From positions 1-18,900 of the forward strand of contig JAVZLH010000017.1 in assembly GCA_038883855.1 (NCBI GenBank): a stretch of 18,900 nucleotides of DNA. Reading direction: 5' to 3'. The notes beneath the pieces were generated by a model. The model was not told the origin of the DNA, searched no databases, and worked only from the letters and a program-made list of their open reading frames with translations. A program made the translations under genes and the position numbers. This DNA is from Candidatus Bathyarchaeia archaeon (lineage in GTDB: Archaea; Thermoproteota; Bathyarchaeia; Bathyarchaeales; Bathycorpusculaceae). Every line of letters starts with the position of its first letter. The stretch's first letter is position 1. Below, one piece after another: positions 15,938 through 18,900 of the stretch.

Positions 15938-17439
15938 GCGTGCTGTTCAAAAATGGAAGAATAAAATCATCAAGAGAGGATGTTACCCGCTTTATATCCT
16001 CCATAAAAGACGACGAGAAAATTTTGAAGCATGTCATCGAAATAAACGAAGCCCACACAATAATGTTGATGGAACAGAAAATAATAGATAAGGAGCGGGG
16101 AGCCGAACTCCTTAACGCTCTGGAAAAGCTAAAGGCTGAAGTGAAAATTAAGCCATGGATTGAAGACATACATTTATACGTCGAGGAAGAAGTCGCTAAA
16201 AAGGCTAAAGGAGAAGCAGGAGAAAACCTCCACATAGCAAAAAGCAGAAACGACCAAGTGGCAACAGCCATCAGAATGAAGCTGCGCGAAGAACTGATAA
16301 GCCTAATGAAAACTGTGCTTGATTTCCAGAAGGACCTTTTGAAAAAAGCTGAAAAACACACTGAAACAATCATACCTGGCTACACCCACTTAAGAGCAGC
16401 CCAACCAATAACCTTCTCCCATTATATCTTATACCAGTTTGACGTTTTTCAAAGAAGCTTGCAGAGACTCATGGAATGTTATGGTAGAGTTAACGCTTGT
16501 CCGATGGGAGCAGCAGCCATAGCCACAACAAGCTTCCCAATAAACAGAGAACGCGTTGCAGAGCTTTTGGGTTTCGCCGAAGTTCTTGAAAACTCTATGG
16601 ACGCTGTCGGCAGCAGAGACTTTGTTCTGGAAACCCTCGCGATTTTGTCAATAATTGCCATTGACATAAGCCGCCTAGCTGAAGACCTAATAGTTTGGAG
16701 CACTCCAGAATTTAATCTAATAGAGCTGCCAGACGAGTTTTGCTCAACCAGCAGCATAATGCCGCAGAAAAAGAACCCCGACATGCTAGAGGTTATACGC
16801 GCCAGAATGAGCCACGTAATAAGCAATTTTACGGCCTGCGCATTAACCTTAAAGTCCCTTCCGTCGGGCTATAACTTGGACTTTCAAGAGGTTACACCGA
16901 AACTTTGGGAATCACTGGAAAAGGTTAACGAATCACTTAAAATGTTATCCAATGTGGTCGCTTCTTGCGAGCCTAAAGGACAAACCGCAAAAAATCCGAT
17001 TTTGGCTTTTTCAACATCGACCGAACTTGTGCGCATACTATTCCAAAAATATAATGTTCCTTTCAGAACAGCCCACAAGATTGTTGGCGCCTTAGTCAGA
17101 AAACTAAGCGAGAAGGAACTAAACATTACAGATGTAACGGCGGAAATGCTGAAGGAAACAGCAAAAGAAGTTGCGGGCATATCATTGACGGCAAGCACAG
17201 ACGATTTGAAGACAGCCGCTGACGTGGTTAGCTTTGTTAAAACCCACAGCGTTCGGGGAGGTCCATCTCCAGTGGAAGTTCAAAGAATGCTTGGTTCTCG
17301 CAAGGACATTTTTGCCTCAATGAATGTGCAGTTAGCTAAAATGGAGACAGAAATCGTGGATGCACACAAAAAACTGGGTGACTTGGTTGAAAAACTGTGC
17401 AGTTCACCAAAACCAAAAAGCTTAAAAATGGTGGTGTAG
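15934..17439 (+). CDS. argH: Argininosuccinate lyase
   Basis: SRNDQVAT, PGYTHL and the fumarate-lyase signature SSIMPQKKNPD. GTGA overlap with argG. Confidence 0.97.
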   Translation: MSVLFKNGRIKSSREDVTRFISSIKDDEKILKHVIEINEAHTIMLMEQKIIDKERGAELLNALEKLKAEVKIKPWIEDIHLYVEEEVAKKAKGEAGENLHIAKSRNDQVATAIRMKLREELISLMKTVLDFQKDLLKKAEKHTETIIPGYTHLRAAQPITFSHYILYQFDVFQRSLQRLMECYGRVNACPMGAAAIATTSFPINRERVAELLGFAEVLENSMDAVGSRDFVLETLAILSIIAIDISRLAEDLIVWSTPEFNLIELPDEFCSTSSIMPQKKNPDMLEVIRARMSHVISNFTACALTLKSLPSGYNLDFQEVTPKLWESLEKVNESLKMLSNVVASCEPKGQTAKNPILAFSTSTELVRILFQKYNVPFRTAHKIVGALVRKLSEKELNITDVTAEMLKETAKEVAGISLTASTDDLKTAADVVSFVKTHSVRGGPSPVEVQRMLGSRKDIFASMNVQLAKMETEIVDAHKKLGDLVEKLCSSPKPKSLKMVV

Positions 17440-17443
17440 AATT

Positions 17444-18592
17444 TTGAGAGGGCTTTTGGGTAAGGAAATATCGCCCAGAGAAAGAAAAGCGGCACTAGCC
17501 TTAGAAGACGGAACCTGCCTTATTGGTTATGGTTTTGGAGCAACCAAGAAGGTAACAGGGGAAGTCGTGTTTTCAACATCCATGGTAGGCTATGTAGAAG
17601 CCCTAACAGACCCCTCCTACCACGGTCAAATCCTAACCTTAACCTATCCCCTAGTAGGCAATTATGGTGTTCCAGCACATTCTAAAGGGAAATTGTCGCC
17701 GCCCTTCGAGTCGGACGGAATCAAAGTTGACGGGCTTGTGATTCACGAACTCTGCGAAAAACCACACCACTGGGCTTCCAGAAAAACCTTGAATGAGTGG
17801 CTAATGGAAGAGGGAGTTCCAGGAATCTTCGGGGTGGATACACGAATGCTTACGAAGAAGCTTAGAATCAGCGGTGTAATGCGTGGAATACTTCAAGTTT
17901 TTGAGGAAGGCGAAAAACCAGATGTTGGAAAGCTTCTGGAAGAGGTTAAAGATGTCCCAGACCCAAACTTGAGAAACTTGGCTGGTGAAGTTTCAATAAA
18001 AGAACCTATATGTTATAACCCGGAAGGAAAAAAGGCTGTTGTGTTAATTGACTGCGGCGTCAAACACAGCATTTTAATAAACCTGATCGCGCGTGGGTTG
18101 AAGGTTATCCGTGTTCCATACAACTATTCAGCCAAAGAAATAATGGAATACAAGCCAGACGGAGTTATAGTAAGCAACGGTCCAGGAGACCCAAAGAAAT
18201 GTTGGGAGACGGTGGAATGCGTCAGAGAACTTATAGAAGAAGAGTTTCCAGTGATGGGGATATGTCTTGGAAACCAAATAATAGCTTTGGCACTTGGCGC
18301 AAACACCTACAAAATGAAGTATGGGCATCGCTCGCAAAACCAGCCTGCGCTTAACCCTGAAACAAACAGATGCTACATAACAACCCAAAACCACGGTTAC
18401 GCCGTGGACGCAAACTCCCTAGGCGAAACAGAGCTTAAGGTTTGGTTTGTAAACGCCAATGACGGCACAGTTGAAGGCTTGAAACATAAGCAAAAGCCTG
18501 TTTTCTCCGTCCAGTTTCATCCAGAAGCAAGTCCAGGTCCATATGACACCGAGTTTCTTTTCGACGATTTTATATCGCTTATGAAAGGGTGA
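17444..18592 (+). CDS. carA: Carbamoyl-phosphate synthase small (glutaminase) subunit
   Basis: [18 protein letters not shown], catalytic [13 protein letters not shown] and [10 protein letters not shown]. Confidence 0.97.
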   Translation: MRGLLGKEISPRERKAALALEDGTCLIGYGFGATKKVTGEVVFSTSMVGYVEALTDPSYHGQILTLTYPLVGNYGVPAHSKGKLSPPFESDGIKVDGLVIHELCEKPHHWASRKTLNEWLMEEGVPGIFGVDTRMLTKKLRISGVMRGILQVFEEGEKPDVGKLLEEVKDVPDPNLRNLAGEVSIKEPICYNPEGKKAVVLIDCGVKHSILINLIARGLKVIRVPYNYSAKEIMEYKPDGVIVSNGPGDPKKCWETVECVRELIEEEFPVMGICLGNQIIALALGANTYKMKYGHRSQNQPALNPETNRCYITTQNHGYAVDANSLGETELKVWFVNANDGTVEGLKHKQKPVFSVQFHPEASPGPYDTEFLFDDFISLMKG

Positions 18593-18594
18593 AA

Positions 18595-18900
18595 ATGATG
18601 CCGAAGTTTGAATGGGTAAAGAAAGTTCTGGTTCTGGGAAGTGGCGCAATAAAAATTGGCGAAGCCGCAGAGTTTGATTATTCTGGAAGCCAATGTCTTA
18701 AGGCGTTAAAAGAAGAGGGGATAGAAACAGTTCTCATCAACCCCAATATAGCTACGATACAGAGTGACCCGCGCTTAGCTGGGAAAGTTTACCTACTTCC
18801 AGTTGAACCCCAATACGTTGAAGAAGTCATCAAAAAAGAGAAGCCTGACGCCATACTGCTCGGTTTCGGAGGTCAAACAGCTCTAAACTGCGGCGTTCAG
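18595..18900 (+). CDS. carB: Carbamoyl-phosphate synthase large subunit, N-terminal fragment (runs off window); not in ORF track
   Basis: Manual translation: [58 protein letters not shown]...[13 protein letters not shown]. Confidence 0.97.
   Translation, partial: MMPKFEWVKKVLVLGSGAIKIGEAAEFDYSGSQCLKALKEEGIETVLINPNIATIQSDPRLAGKVYLLPVEPQYVEEVIKKEKPDAILLGFGGQTALNCGVQ

Noticed and set aside
1-18900. CRISPR arrays, tRNA/rRNA genes, IS elements, riboswitches
   Set aside because: No regularly spaced repeats, transposase or integrase motifs or GC-rich structured intergenic segments seen by eye; intergenic gaps are short and AT-rich. A covariance-model search was not possible.

Overview
Archaeal genomic window. 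Bathyarchaeia-like origin is my inference from gene content, TTG/GTG starts and BRE/TATA promoters. It is dominated by amino-acid biosynthesis. From left to right: (1) a type IIG-like restriction-modification locus on the - strand, apparently split into a small PD-(D/E)xK nuclease-like gene and an N6-adenine methyltransferase that is truncated by the window edge and absent from the ORF track. (2) An HTH-CBS regulator divergent from a methanogen-type sulfide/homocysteine operon (MA1821/MJ0100-like, NIL-ferredoxin, ApbE-like UPF0280). (3) A LysW carrier-protein operon: lysW (missed by the ORF track), a very atypical lysX-like ligase with a ~70-aa insertion, lysY, lysZ, lysJ, lysK. (4) Two disrupted membrane-protein genes in the gap between convergent operons. 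(5) A - strand unit encoding an uncharacterised HTH-like/ACT regulator plus aconitase-family large and small subunits (homoaconitase or isopropylmalate isomerase). (6) argG-argH-carA-carB (carB partial). The most notable signal is a shared promoter element, TTTT(A/G)GTCA-N23/24-TGACCAAAAAATATWTAAG, upstream of both lysW and argG. One copy abuts the start codon of the ACT regulator, suggesting an undescribed archaeal Arg/Lys regulon.
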